A DNA stretch of 64,000 nucleotides from the NCBI GenBank assembly GCA_963729715.1, contig CAVSPA010000006.1, positions 192,001-256,000 of the forward strand, given 5' to 3'. Shown here one piece after another: positions 10,317-20,323 of this stretch. The translations under genes were made by a program, and so were the position numbers. The notes under the pieces were generated by a model. That model made no database searches. It saw only the letters and a list, made by a program, of their open reading frames with translations, and was not told where the DNA came from. The DNA comes from an uncultured delta proteobacterium. GTDB lineage: Bacteria > Desulfobacterota > Syntrophia > Syntrophales > UBA2185. Position 1 is the stretch's first letter; each line of letters opens with the position of its first letter.

Positions 10317-11402
10317 CTATTTTCTTTCGTATTCCGGTCTGGGTTTGGGCTGCTCGCGCTTTCTCTGCTGCTTTTTCCTTTTCTCCTCCATTTCTCTTTT
10401 TTTCCTTAAGTTTTCGCGTTGCTCCTTTTGCTTGTATTTATCCTCAAACCTCTTTCTTTGGACAAGCTGCCTGTCCGACGGCTTATTGAGCAATCTCTGC
10501 TTATCTTTATCCTGGCTTCCCTTGAGGCGATCGGCGATCTCCTTCTTTTCCCTATTCCGCATCTGCGTCCTCTCATTATATCTCCTGAGAAGAACTTCCT
10601 TCTCCGGTATTTTAACGCGCTTGGTCTCCTGCATCTTCTTATAAATAAGATTCCTGTTATAAAGGGTGGTTCTATTTTGGGGGTTCAAGGCGACAGCCTT
10701 ATTCATGTCCTTCATCGCACTGTCATACCTTCCAAGTTGAACGTACACCGCCCCGCGATTGCTGTAGCCCTTGGCATCATTGGGTCTTAGTACTACAACC
10801 ATGTCGTATGCCCTCAGAGCCTCCTGGTAATTACCTGAGTACGTTTGGTACTGCCCCTTTTCAAACCAATCCGTGGCTACCAGCGTATTAACTGCTTTTT
10901 TGTACTCCTCTTCCGGCTTCTCTGTGGTCGCTTCGGCCGCCGCCAATTGCTGCTGCAAAGCATCAATCTCTCTGAGTGCCTGTGACGCCTCGTCCCTCGC
11001 CTCTGCAAGATCCTTAAGCAGTTGCTGATTGTTTCGCAATTTTTCTATCGAAGAGGCAACCTCGTCTGGATCGGCAGTTATCTTTGCCTTAAGCCAATAT
11101 TCTTTTCCGTTCCAGTTTTCTTCGAGAATGGTTGTCTGGACAACTCCCGCAGCCAGAGTCGTTATTTCATCTTTGGCAACCTGGTAATCTCTAACGACCG
11201 TAACGCTTTCCACGTACGTGCCCAGTTCCTCGAGAAGGAGCCTCTTTACCTGTTCAAGGGCGATGGCACGGCATGATATCTTGCTGTCTATTTCGCCGGC
11301 TTCGTAAGTGTATTCACGGACAAACGTCTTCGTTTCCGCACGCAGGGGGACAGCTGCAAAAAATAGTGAGAAGCAGGTTAAATATAATATGATCTTTTTC
11401 AC
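10317..11402 (-). CDS. Secreted TPR-repeat protein with a K/R/E/Q-rich tail
   Basis: GTG at 11402 starts a signal peptide (VKKIILYLTCFSLFFAAVPLRA); coiled coil; TPR motifs (YSNRGAVY..LG.YD.A). Confidence 0.75.
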   Translation of the reverse strand: MKKIILYLTCFSLFFAAVPLRAETKTFVREYTYEAGEIDSKISCRAIALEQVKRLLLEELGTYVESVTVVRDYQVAKDEITTLAAGVVQTTILEENWNGKEYWLKAKITADPDEVASSIEKLRNNQQLLKDLAEARDEASQALREIDALQQQLAAAEATTEKPEEEYKKAVNTLVATDWFEKGQYQTYSGNYQEALRAYDMVVVLRPNDAKGYSNRGAVYVQLGRYDSAMKDMNKAVALNPQNRTTLYNRNLIYKKMQETKRVKIPEKEVLLRRYNERTQMRNREKKEIADRLKGSQDKDKQRLLNKPSDRQLVQRKRFEDKYKQKEQRENLRKKREMEEKRKKQQRKREQPKPRPEYERK

Positions 11403-11770
11403 TTCAAGACGATCCGGTTTGCATCTACAAGGGCCAACCGGTAGCCCATGAAGGGCTTCCGCTCGGTGGGGGCGACGGAGCTGTTGATAAGCACCCACCC
11501 GCCCGGCTTGAGTCCCCGCGTGACGTTAACGCCATGGAGAAGAGTCTGATCTTGGACCAGTACGCGATCTGGGTAATTCACATTTGTCCGCAGCAAAATC
11601 TTGTCTTTGTCGAGGCGGACGTAAGCCCCCACAGGGGCTCCTCGCCTTTCCACACCGAAGAAAGGAAAACTTTGCACCTGGTAGCCGGCGCGGAAGAAAG
11701 CCTTGGCCAGCAGGATTGTTGCAACTACGGTACCTTGGCCGCCGCGCCCGTGAAAACGGATTTCAAGCAT
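11399..11770 (-). pseudogene. C-terminally truncated 2-oxoacid:ferredoxin oxidoreductase gamma subunit
   Basis: EIRFHGRGGQG and FGVERRGAPV motifs; ends just after VDANRI and lacks the usual C-terminal third; no partner subunits follow. Confidence 0.7.
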
Positions 11771-11788
11771 AGTCAACTGTCCACATAT

Positions 11789-12394
11789 TTATGCCTTGCT
11801 CCATACCACCGCTATTGCCCTGGCCGGTTTTCCGTCGAGAGAGCGGAGACCGTGATTTATGTCCGATTCAAAGTAGATAGTGTCGCCTGGATCAAGTCTT
11901 TCCACTCGCTCGTCGGTCCGGAATTCCAGCCTCCCTTCGATGACAAATAAGAATTCTTCGCCTTCGTGGTTTGTAAAAACCATATCACCCGTATCCACGG
12001 GCTGAAATTCTACCAGAAGAGGTTCCATATGCTTGTCGCCCTTGTGCGTTTCAAGGGATTCGTAAATATAATCGATCTCGCCCTCATGGTGATGGTGGGG
12101 ACGGCGCTTTATCTTGACCCTTTCGCCGCTGCGTGTGACCGATATTTTCGTATCAGCCGCTTCCTCCTCGAAGAAAGAGGCCATGCCCACATTGAACGCC
12201 CTCGCGAGTTTCAGGAGTGTGGCCACAGGAGGCACCACATCGCCATTTTCAATCTCAGCCAGAATGGTTTTGGCGATACCGGTCTTCGCTGCCAGGTCCT
12301 GAAGCGTGATATGTTTCTTGTGCCGGAGTTCTTTTACGGTGCGTCCGATTCTTAGTCCCTCGCCGGACCTATCCATATCATTATTTCTTGCCAT
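11789..12394 (-). CDS. XRE-family HTH + cupin transcriptional regulator
   Basis: N-terminal HTH; HEGEEF cupin motif. Confidence 0.88.
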   Translation of the reverse strand: MARNNDMDRSGEGLRIGRTVKELRHKKHITLQDLAAKTGIAKTILAEIENGDVVPPVATLLKLARAFNVGMASFFEEEAADTKISVTRSGERVKIKRRPHHHHEGEIDYIYESLETHKGDKHMEPLLVEFQPVDTGDMVFTNHEGEEFLFVIEGRLEFRTDERVERLDPGDTIYFESDINHGLRSLDGKPARAIAVVWSKA

Positions 12395-12477
12395 CTCTGC
12401 ACCTCGGCGAAAGTCATTTAGGGTGAAAAAATCTGTTTGAAAGGAAATTTTAAGGCTGCCATTTTCTTACAAAGCGG

Positions 12478-12507
12478 ATTATAAGACAGGATAGTATAGT
12501 AAGTCAA
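12478..12507 (-). promoter_or_regulatory. sigma70 promoter for the XRE regulator
   Basis: TTGACT-N18-TATAAT on the minus strand. Confidence 0.6.
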
Positions 12508-12539
12508 GAAGCAGGAATAAGAAAACACCTGGTGATAAA

Positions 12540-14288
12540 TTAATTGCTAAAAGAGTAGATTTGAGCAATACGCGCCGGCTCTTCTTTACCCGCGGTAGAT
12601 ACTTTGTTGCGCCCGGTGCGCTTCGCGACGTAAAGGGCGGCATCGGCAGCTTGGAGAACTGTTTCCCCCGTCGCACCATGCTCCGGAAAGCTGGCGACTC
12701 CCAGGGAAAGCGTGATGCTGTCAAGCGGCTTGCCGTTATAGTAAATCTTCAGATCCTGTACGAGCTTTCTTAACGTTTCGGCGCGTTTTTCGGTAATATC
12801 CATAGGGGCCCCCGGTAATATCAGTGTAAATTCTTCCCCGCCGTACCTGCACGCGACGTCTTCTTTGCGAATGTTGCTTTGTAAGAATTTCCCCAGATCA
12901 CGGAGCACTAAGTCACCTGCCTCATGGCCGAAAGTATTATTGAATCTTCGAAAGTGATCTATGTCTATCATGATAATTCCGAGGGGAGTTTCGTAACGCT
13001 TGGCTCGACTTATTTCCCGGATCAGAGTTTCCTCCATGTAGCGTCGATTGAAAAGACCAGTCAGGGGATCATGAATGGCCTGTTGTTTCAATGTATCTCT
13101 GAGCTTTATGTTTGAGAGCGCCAGTGCCAGATAGTCAGCTACCGTTACAGCCAGTTGCTGCATCTCTTCGTTAAATCCCTCCGAAATTTCGTCAAATCCC
13201 GGCTTGGCGGAAGTCGACGGGGAAATCCTTTGCTGCAAATGAAGCATTCCGAGGGTTTCCCCCTGTGCCGCCAAGGGAACGCACAAACCGCTTTTTCTGC
13301 CGCCGCCTAAGATATGCCGGCAGCATGAATCCGAGCGGAAATCGGCCGTAATATGTATATTTCCTTCTTGAAGAGCGAAACAATCTTCTGCAGGGAAAGT
13401 CTTTTCCCCGGACAGGGCCTTTCCCCAGGAAGTTACGGCCCCAAATAAATTCAGGGGAGAGTTGAGGATGAAAAGAGATCCGGCCGCAAGAGGAAATAAA
13501 TTCTGAGCGAATTGGCTTATGATGGGGTACGTTTCTTCAAGTGAGATGCAGCCCTGAAGTCTCTCCGACATTTGATTGAACAGATTGAGCCTTTGTTGAC
13601 GCAAGCCGTATTCATAAACCATGGAGTGAAGTTTGTAATTGGTCTGCTCCAACACACCTTCCATCTTTTCGCGTTCGGCGACTTCGTGTTGCAGTTCGTC
13701 ATTGATTCTCCTGAGGTCTGCCGTGCGCCTGTAAACGGTTTCTTCCAGGTGAGATTTGTGCTTTTTTAACTCCTCTTCAACCCGCTCCCTGTCCATGATT
13801 TCCTGCTGAAGTTGAATATTCTTCTCCCCCAGTTGCCGTTGCAAACGGCACAGTGAAATATGTGTTTCAACTCTGGCCAAGACCTCGGGCAAATGAAAAG
13901 GCTTGGTGATGTAGTCAATGCCACCGGCTTGAAAGCCCTTCACGATATCGATGGTCTCATCAAGGCTGCTTATGAAAATTACTGGCATACTGTAGCCCTG
14001 TCGGTCGGATTTTAGATGATGGCAGACCTCATAACCATCCATATCCGGCATTCTTATATCCAACAGGATCAAGTCCGGTGCTTCTGCCGCCACGGAACTC
14101 AGCGCCCCAGAGCCGCTCGCGGCTGAGCGAACGCGATAGCCCTGTCTGGTGAGGGTGTCTGTAAGCAGTTCAATAATGTCCGGGGAATCATCCACGACCA
14201 GAATCTGAGGGGAATTCTCCTTAGGCAGGTCCGCAGTCTGTTTGTCTTTCACACCTTCTGCTTGTAATTTATTGTCCCGCTGATCCAT
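12540..14288 (-). CDS. Response-regulator diguanylate cyclase (REC-coiled coil-GAF-GGDEF)
   Basis: REC domain, DPLTGLFNRR, RxxD I-site (RKED), GGEEF. Confidence 0.92.
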   Translation of the reverse strand: MDQRDNKLQAEGVKDKQTADLPKENSPQILVVDDSPDIIELLTDTLTRQGYRVRSAASGSGALSSVAAEAPDLILLDIRMPDMDGYEVCHHLKSDRQGYSMPVIFISSLDETIDIVKGFQAGGIDYITKPFHLPEVLARVETHISLCRLQRQLGEKNIQLQQEIMDRERVEEELKKHKSHLEETVYRRTADLRRINDELQHEVAEREKMEGVLEQTNYKLHSMVYEYGLRQQRLNLFNQMSERLQGCISLEETYPIISQFAQNLFPLAAGSLFILNSPLNLFGAVTSWGKALSGEKTFPAEDCFALQEGNIHITADFRSDSCCRHILGGGRKSGLCVPLAAQGETLGMLHLQQRISPSTSAKPGFDEISEGFNEEMQQLAVTVADYLALALSNIKLRDTLKQQAIHDPLTGLFNRRYMEETLIREISRAKRYETPLGIIMIDIDHFRRFNNTFGHEAGDLVLRDLGKFLQSNIRKEDVACRYGGEEFTLILPGAPMDITEKRAETLRKLVQDLKIYYNGKPLDSITLSLGVASFPEHGATGETVLQAADAALYVAKRTGRNKVSTAGKEEPARIAQIYSFSN

Positions 14289-14793
14289 CTTGCCCCAATC
14301 CGTTTATAGTCGGTCCTAATATTTTCCCTCACAGAGACATGCTCTATGCTCATGCCGCTGCTGCCATGAATAAATTATCGACGTGACAAATATATTCGTG
14401 TTGCTTCAGAATGATCATCTCTTTCAAAGCACAATATATTACCGTAATACAAAAGTACGCGAAAATATTTAACCAATTTATTGTCGCAATAAGTCGGAAA
14501 AAGATTTATGGTCCCTTGAAATGGATTATCGGTGCTTTTGAGCGTATACTTTAGAAAAAATGAAGAGTATTGCCTATTTTATGGCATATTCTAACTCGTT
14601 TGCTTTCTTTTTCATAAAGTATGCACTTGTAATCTCCGGTGAAAACATTTAAAACTACTCGCGGCTTCTTGTCGGCAGATATAATTTGACCTGTTGTCAT
14701 AATCTCGAAAGAGTCTCTTCGCTGTCACAGATGACGGCTTTTCCGCACTTTGTATTTACGGAGCGAGCCAGTTTACCTCAGGTGCAATAAAAA

Positions 14794-15486
14794 ATGGATA
14801 AAGATGCATCAGATCCCATTGTCTCCGAACATGAATTGCGGGTCTTGATTAAAGCTTTAACGAAATCCGTCGAATATATCCATAGGAGACATCTTATACT
14901 GACGTTTATAGCGGGCTTGCTGATTGGTTTGGGCGCCGGGTTTCTGATTACCAATCTGGCTAACATGAATCAGAAAAAACCTCCGGATGTCGAAATATTG
15001 CTGAAGAAGGCGGATGACACCCTGCAGGAATTGCAGCAACTCAGGTCCGTGATGAACAGCTTTAATGCAGCGAAACCGGGTGACACCGGTGAAAAGACAA
15101 CAGTTCTCGAGAAGGAATCAATTGCACCGCAAAGGAAGGCGGAGGGAGTAGAGGTCATAAAGGATATCTCCGCATCACCCGCGGCCTGCAAGATTCACAT
15201 CCACTATGCCCGGCAGGAGGACAAGGAAACGGCGGAGGCATTTTCCGATTTTTTGAGGAAACAGGGATATACCTCCGTTGACACCGAGAGGATACAGCAC
15301 AAATGGAGAGACATCCGGTATTTTCATGGTGAAGACAGACAAGCGGCGCTGCTCCTGCAGAAGCAGTTTAACGATTTTGTTGCACAGTCAACTTCTGCTA
15401 AAGAGATTAATTTAAAGATCAAGAATCTGGGAAAGAGCTATCCCCGGGCGCAAAAAGGATCGCTTGAAGTATGGGTGCATTTTTGA
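14794..15486 (+). CDS. Membrane-anchored hypothetical protein with a LytR-C-like C-terminal domain
   Basis: One TM helix, a coiled coil, C-terminal alpha/beta domain (IRYFH..D...A, LEVW). Confidence 0.6.
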   Translation: MDKDASDPIVSEHELRVLIKALTKSVEYIHRRHLILTFIAGLLIGLGAGFLITNLANMNQKKPPDVEILLKKADDTLQELQQLRSVMNSFNAAKPGDTGEKTTVLEKESIAPQRKAEGVEVIKDISASPAACKIHIHYARQEDKETAEAFSDFLRKQGYTSVDTERIQHKWRDIRYFHGEDRQAALLLQKQFNDFVAQSTSAKEINLKIKNLGKSYPRAQKGSLEVWVHF

Positions 15487-15524
15487 GATCAGGTCGTCAG
15501 ATGGTCAATGAAGCAGAACGATAA

Positions 15525-16184
15525 ATGCCAGAACTCATATCAGAAAGCTACATAATACTGATTGTCGGGATAATGGTCATATCGGGAGGATTGGGCGGTA
15601 TGGTAAGCGCTCTCTTGAGCGCGAGAGACGATCAGCCATTCTTTAGTTTAGCTATCAAACATAGCTTGATAGGTGTGGTCGCTGCATTAACAGTCCCGTT
15701 GTTACTCAACCTGCTGTCCAGTGATTTGCTCGATTCCGGACAGACGAGACCTCTGAAACTGCTCAACCTAAGCGGTTTGTGTATTTTCTTTGCGGTGTTC
15801 TCGACCAGATTTCTTGAGCGTATCTATGGAAGCAGATTAAAAGGTGAGGGGCAGTATGGTCAGGAGGTTAATAAGAACGGCGATCAGTCCGACAGAATAG
15901 AAGAACAAATAGTTAAGACGACGCCTGCAAAGAGCCCTGACAAGGCAAAAAAACCGGAAAACCAGTCAATAATCTTGCGGGAGCTGGCAGTTGCAGAAGG
16001 TGCAAAACTGACTCTCACAGATCTTATGACGAATACAGAAATATCGCAAAAGGACTTTGATGAAACCGTCTCTCTGCTCATGGCCAAAGGGGCAGTAGCG
16101 CAGGAGTTGAGCAGCGGCAATCAGCTTAAGCTTGTATTAACGCCACGGGGACGGCAACAGTTGAACAAGACATCCGCCAATTGA
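15525..16184 (+). CDS. YLATT (YEATS-like-associated three-TM) domain protein with a C-terminal winged helix
   Basis: Three TM segments with GGLGG, GVVAALTVPLLL.LLSSDLL and G.C..FA..STRFLE patterns; C-terminal LVLTPRG wHTH-like segment. Confidence 0.6.
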   Translation: MPELISESYIILIVGIMVISGGLGGMVSALLSARDDQPFFSLAIKHSLIGVVAALTVPLLLNLLSSDLLDSGQTRPLKLLNLSGLCIFFAVFSTRFLERIYGSRLKGEGQYGQEVNKNGDQSDRIEEQIVKTTPAKSPDKAKKPENQSIILRELAVAEGAKLTLTDLMTNTEISQKDFDETVSLLMAKGAVAQELSSGNQLKLVLTPRGRQQLNKTSAN

Positions 16185-16244
16185 CATCAAGCGGTTCATT
16201 TCAAACATCCTATCGCATACGCGTATGTGATAAAAGTCCTCTAT

Positions 16245-17318
16245 TCATAGCTACTTTTTCCTTCTGAAACAGATTAGCATGGCGATAGCGATGGCCAGCA
16301 TCATGCCCCAGATGAAGAAGTACCCCCAATGCCATTCAAGCTCCGGCATATACTTGAAATTCATGCCGTATACGGCGGCCAAGAATGTCAGCGGCATAAA
16401 TACAGTGGCGATAATAGTTAACACTTTCATAATTTCATTCTATTACTGATACTTGATAAGCATATGTCGAGTCTGCCGGAGAGCATATCTCGGAAGATCT
16501 CTACGGTATCGATCACCTGGATCGTATGATCGTAAATGTCTTTCAGGTAAACATCCGTAGATTCATCAACAAGCTGGCATCCCGTACGTTCAAGGGTGCT
16601 GATGGCTTCCCGGAGAGGCCAGACCGTTTTCCTCAGAAAAATCATTTCTCGTTTCAGGTTTTGAATAGCCTGAAGTATTTCTGCCGAGGGGTTTTGAATC
16701 AGTGATTCCTCGAGGATCTCGATTCGCTCACCCAGTTGTTCGAGAATAGTGAAATAGTTGTCGACTATCGAATCGATGAGGGCGTACGCCAGGTAATCTG
16801 CTCCAGATTTTCTCAGCCGTCCTTTGCCGGCGCGGATTCTCTCCCGGACGAGTCTGAATATATCTCTTTCTCTTTCTCTTTCTCTTTCCTGGAAAGATAT
16901 GACAAATGTCCGGCCGAGGAGGATACTTATCTGTTCGGAATGGAACTCGTTTGCTTGGGCGTCGTTGCTGTAGAAGGCTTTGAGAACGATATAGATGTAG
17001 TCGCAGGAATCCTCCATCTTGGGGCGTTGGTCGGAATTGAGGATATCTTCCTGGGTGAGGGGATGCAGGCCAAAGATGGTTCCCAACTCTTCGAGTGCCT
17101 GCACGTCATGAATGCCGTTGACATGTATCCATGTGACTGTCGGACGATCCTTGAATTGCACGCATTCACGCGCCGTGCTGATTTCCTTCTCCTCGATATG
17201 CGTCGTCGTAGTCCAAAACGGTAATTTTTGTTTTTTCGGTTAATCGGTTCCCGATGTGAACGAGAGACCTAGGGGAAAGACCGGTCTTTCCCGATCTTTT
17301 CTTGAGCCATCTGGACAT
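16245..17318 (-). pseudogene. corA: Magnesium/cobalt transporter CorA, multiply frameshifted
   Basis: MSRWLKKRS..GL.P.SLVHIG start; frameshifts near 17230, 17200 and 16435; YGMNF..MPEL motif lies in another frame; TAG at 16251-16253 where W is expected. Confidence 0.88.
16865..16888. repeat. (TCTTTC)4 microsatellite inside the corA pseudogene
   Basis: Four perfect hexamers encoding ERERERER. Confidence 0.85.
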
Positions 17319-17323
17319 TATCT

Positions 17324-18763
17324 TCAGCTCCTTATCTTGATTACTACTTTTATGGATGGTTCCCTTCTGCCTTCGAATTGAACCTCTGAGGGCACAATCA
17401 GCCTTGGTGCAAATGTAGTTGTTGAAGTTAGTTGGCTTAAGTCAATCGGTGTCGTCCTTATCCGAATTTTGGTGTGAAGCAGCTTGCCCGGTGCTAGAAC
17501 CCTAACTGCCGGAGGTGTCACCGTGATCTTCTGGATGGCAACTCCCGGGGGCGGCGCATTTTTAGTTACAACCTCGACAGGAACGGAAATATGGACAAAC
17601 CGTGACGCAGTGACGGTGATGCGACTGGGCTTGATCCCCACTATGGTTAGGTTTGAAGGTGCATCTATCATGTCTTTCGTGAGTACTATATCCTGTCTGC
17701 CTTCTTGGATCTGCGATAGATTCAAGGATATCTTGAGTGTGTCCATATTCAGAATCTGAAAGGTCTGCGGGGGACCAACAAGCATTACCTTAGCTTCAGA
17801 AATTTTAGGCTCTTTGATTACCCATTCAGGGGGTATGTTCAGATATTCAACAGGTATGGTAAAGTCCTTCTGGATTGATTCCCTCTGGTATCCGAAAATC
17901 ATCCAGAGGATACAGGCAAGGATAATGGCGATGACCTTCTCCTTCGTATTTTCTTTTAACCACCGTGCAAGAGGCCCCGGCTTCCTTAAGGGTGCTTTGC
18001 TTGTATAATAAGTTACCAGGACACCCTTGAGTGCTGATGCGCTGACTTCCCTGATCCGTTCACCTTCGGCAATGCAAATGGTTCCCCTTTCTTCCGAAAC
18101 AACTATGGAAATGGCGTCCGACCGTTCGGAGAGGCCGAGGGCGGCAGTATGGCGAAGACCAAGATTCTTGTAACGACTGGCATTCGGCGAGAGGGGCAGA
18201 TGGCATCCAAAACGAGTTACTACGTTTCCGTCAATTACAACGGCGCCGTCATGGCCTACGGAATGAGGATCAAAAATGCTTTCCAGCAGTGGCTCGCTGA
18301 GAGTGCCGTTCAGTTCCACGCCGCCACTGAGATGTCTGTCAAGAGGATCGCTTCCCTGGATAACAATCAGGGCACCGATATGCTTTCGTGCAAGATCGGC
18401 CACAGTCTGTGCTATGATTTCAGATGTCTGTCCATGTGATGTTGTCCTTTGAATCCTTTTCCTGATTATTCCCAGGATGGCAAGACGTTCAAAGAATCTC
18501 CGGAGGTCTTCCTGAAATATAACAACAAGAACGAAAAGAAGGATGGCAAAAAATCCCTGCAGGACGACTGTGGTGAGGTAAAGTTGGAAAAATTTGGCAA
18601 TGACGTAGATAAAACCCAGGAGACTGATGCCGATGAATACAAAACGTGAGGCTCTGTCTTTAATCCATATCAGGAGTACGGAAATGGCTATCGATATGAT
18701 GGCAATGTCAAGGACGTCCTGAATCCGCAGGCTCTGCAACATTGGCCAGATGCTATCTATCAT
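17324..18763 (-). CDS. cdaA: Diadenylate cyclase CdaA fused to YbbR (CdaR-like) domains
   Basis: Three N-terminal TM segments, HDGA and GLRHTAALGLSE..DA...VVSEE motifs, a further TM, then beta-rich YbbR-like repeats. Confidence 0.88.
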   Translation of the reverse strand: MIDSIWPMLQSLRIQDVLDIAIISIAISVLLIWIKDRASRFVFIGISLLGFIYVIAKFFQLYLTTVVLQGFFAILLFVLVVIFQEDLRRFFERLAILGIIRKRIQRTTSHGQTSEIIAQTVADLARKHIGALIVIQGSDPLDRHLSGGVELNGTLSEPLLESIFDPHSVGHDGAVVIDGNVVTRFGCHLPLSPNASRYKNLGLRHTAALGLSERSDAISIVVSEERGTICIAEGERIREVSASALKGVLVTYYTSKAPLRKPGPLARWLKENTKEKVIAIILACILWMIFGYQRESIQKDFTIPVEYLNIPPEWVIKEPKISEAKVMLVGPPQTFQILNMDTLKISLNLSQIQEGRQDIVLTKDMIDAPSNLTIVGIKPSRITVTASRFVHISVPVEVVTKNAPPPGVAIQKITVTPPAVRVLAPGKLLHTKIRIRTTPIDLSQLTSTTTFAPRLIVPSEVQFEGRREPSIKVVIKIRS

Positions 18764-18941
18764 AATCTCTTTTCTTTCATGTCAGAAGGACCATCTGTCC
18801 GCATCTTGACTTTGTTAAATAAAACACGGTGATATAATTTTTGCAATAGACAATATTTATGAATCTCATTTTTTTCTTGACAACGGTTTCTGCTTATGGT
18901 TTTGTTAATTTAAAAGATTATTAGTAAGCGTGATAGACGGA

Positions 18942-19025
18942 ATGAACACAAACGGGTTGATCAAAGGCTTTTATTACTGGAACTACTATTTCCTATTGGT
19001 CTGCCTGTTGCTCGGGAGGAATTAG
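18942..19025 (+). CDS. Aromatic amino acid attenuator leader peptide MNTNGLIKGFYYWNYYFLLVCLLLGRN
   Basis: 27-aa ORF in which 7 of 8 consecutive codons are Phe/Tyr/Trp; lies upstream of the aro operon. Confidence 0.85.
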   Translation: MNTNGLIKGFYYWNYYFLLVCLLLGRN

Positions 19026-19061
19026 CGCCAGTTAAATGAAACATAAGAGCCATGGGTAGAC
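18999..19061 (+). promoter_or_regulatory. Antiterminator hairpin of the attenuator
   Basis: GTCTGCCTGTTGCTC (18999-19013) pairs with GAGCCATGGGTAGAC (19047-19061) at 14 of 15 positions including G-U. Confidence 0.8.
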
Positions 19062-19092
19062 TGAAGGAAGCTGCCCATGGCTTTTTATTTTT
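19046..19092 (+). terminator. Attenuator terminator 1
   Basis: AGAGCCATGGGTAG...CTGCCCATGGCTTT followed by a T-rich tract. Confidence 0.85.
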
Positions 19093-19094
19093 GT

Positions 19095-19134
19095 GAGGCC
19101 ATGGGAAGAGTTGTTTCCATGGCCTTTTTCTATT
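19095..19134 (+). terminator. Attenuator terminator 2
   Basis: GAGGCCATGGGAA...TTTCCATGGCCTT followed by TTTCTATT. Confidence 0.8.
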
Positions 19135-19294
19135 CATTGAGGTGCAGCATGTTCGAAAAGTCCCGCCCAAAGCGCGGGATTTACGGGATGTGCATTCAGC
19201 CAAGGCGACGCCTTGAGAAAAGGGAGCAGTCCAATCGCCTGCTGGCGGGTGGACAGGCATGGACTCTTAGATTTAATTTTGAAGGGGGAGAATC

Positions 19295-20323
19295 GTGATT
19301 ATCGTGATGAAGAAAAGTGCAACGGAAGGACAGATTGAGAACGTTATCGCTTGGATAGAATCCGTGGGATACAACGCCCATCCTTCACGGGGCGTTGAAC
19401 GGGCTATAATAGGTGCAGTCGGCGACGAGCGGGGCAAGGCTTTCCTGATGTCTGCAGAATCAATCTCCGGGGTGGAAAAGGTCGTATCCATTCTTAAGCC
19501 GTATAAACTGGCGAGCCGGGAGTCAAGGGAAGAAGATACCATCATACGGGTGGGAGAAGTGGAAATCGGCGGTCCACGCTTCGTAGTCATGGCCGGCCCT
19601 TGCTCCGTGGAAAGCGAAGAACAGGTGATGGAAAGCGCCTACATTGTAAAGAAGGGAGATGCGCAATTCCTCAGGGGCGGAGCATTCAAGCCAAGGACAT
19701 CCCCTTACAGCTTCCAGGGTATGGAAGAAGAGGGTCTCAAGTTGTTGGCAAAGGCTAGGGAGAAAACAGGCTTGCCTGTTGTTACGGAAGTCATGAATAC
19801 GGCAGACGTCGATCTCGTCGAGGCGTATGCTGATATAATGCAGGTCGGAGCGCGCAACATCCAGAACTTCCCCCTCCTCAAACAAGTTGGCCATTCACAG
19901 AAGCCGGTTCTCTTGAAGCGGGGAATGATGACCACAATCGAGGAACTGCTGATGTCGGCAGAATACATCCTCTCTTCCGGAAATAATCAGGTTATTCTCT
20001 GCGAGAGGGGCATTCGCACCTTTGAGACTGCCACCCGCAACACGCTGGATATTAGCGCGGTTCCGGTTTTGAAAGAATTAACCCATCTTCCGGTCATCGT
20101 TGACCCCAGTCACGCCTCGGGCAACTGGAAATATGTGATTCCTCTGAGCAGGGCAGCCATGGCCGTGGGGGCGGATGGACTTCTTGTCGAGGTTCATCCT
20201 GAGCCCGAGAAGGCTGTTTCTGACGGCGGTCAATCTCTCAAACCGGAAAAATTCTACCAGCTAATGGAAGAGATAAAGAGCCTGGAGGGCGTTATCAAGA
20301 AAAGGAAGCAGGTGTTTCGATGA
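19295..20323 (+). CDS. aroF: DAHP synthase, class I-beta, with N-terminal regulatory domain
   Basis: [33 protein letters not shown] motifs. Confidence 0.95.
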   Translation: MIIVMKKSATEGQIENVIAWIESVGYNAHPSRGVERAIIGAVGDERGKAFLMSAESISGVEKVVSILKPYKLASRESREEDTIIRVGEVEIGGPRFVVMAGPCSVESEEQVMESAYIVKKGDAQFLRGGAFKPRTSPYSFQGMEEEGLKLLAKAREKTGLPVVTEVMNTADVDLVEAYADIMQVGARNIQNFPLLKQVGHSQKPVLLKRGMMTTIEELLMSAEYILSSGNNQVILCERGIRTFETATRNTLDISAVPVLKELTHLPVIVDPSHASGNWKYVIPLSRAAMAVGADGLLVEVHPEPEKAVSDGGQSLKPEKFYQLMEEIKSLEGVIKKRKQVFR

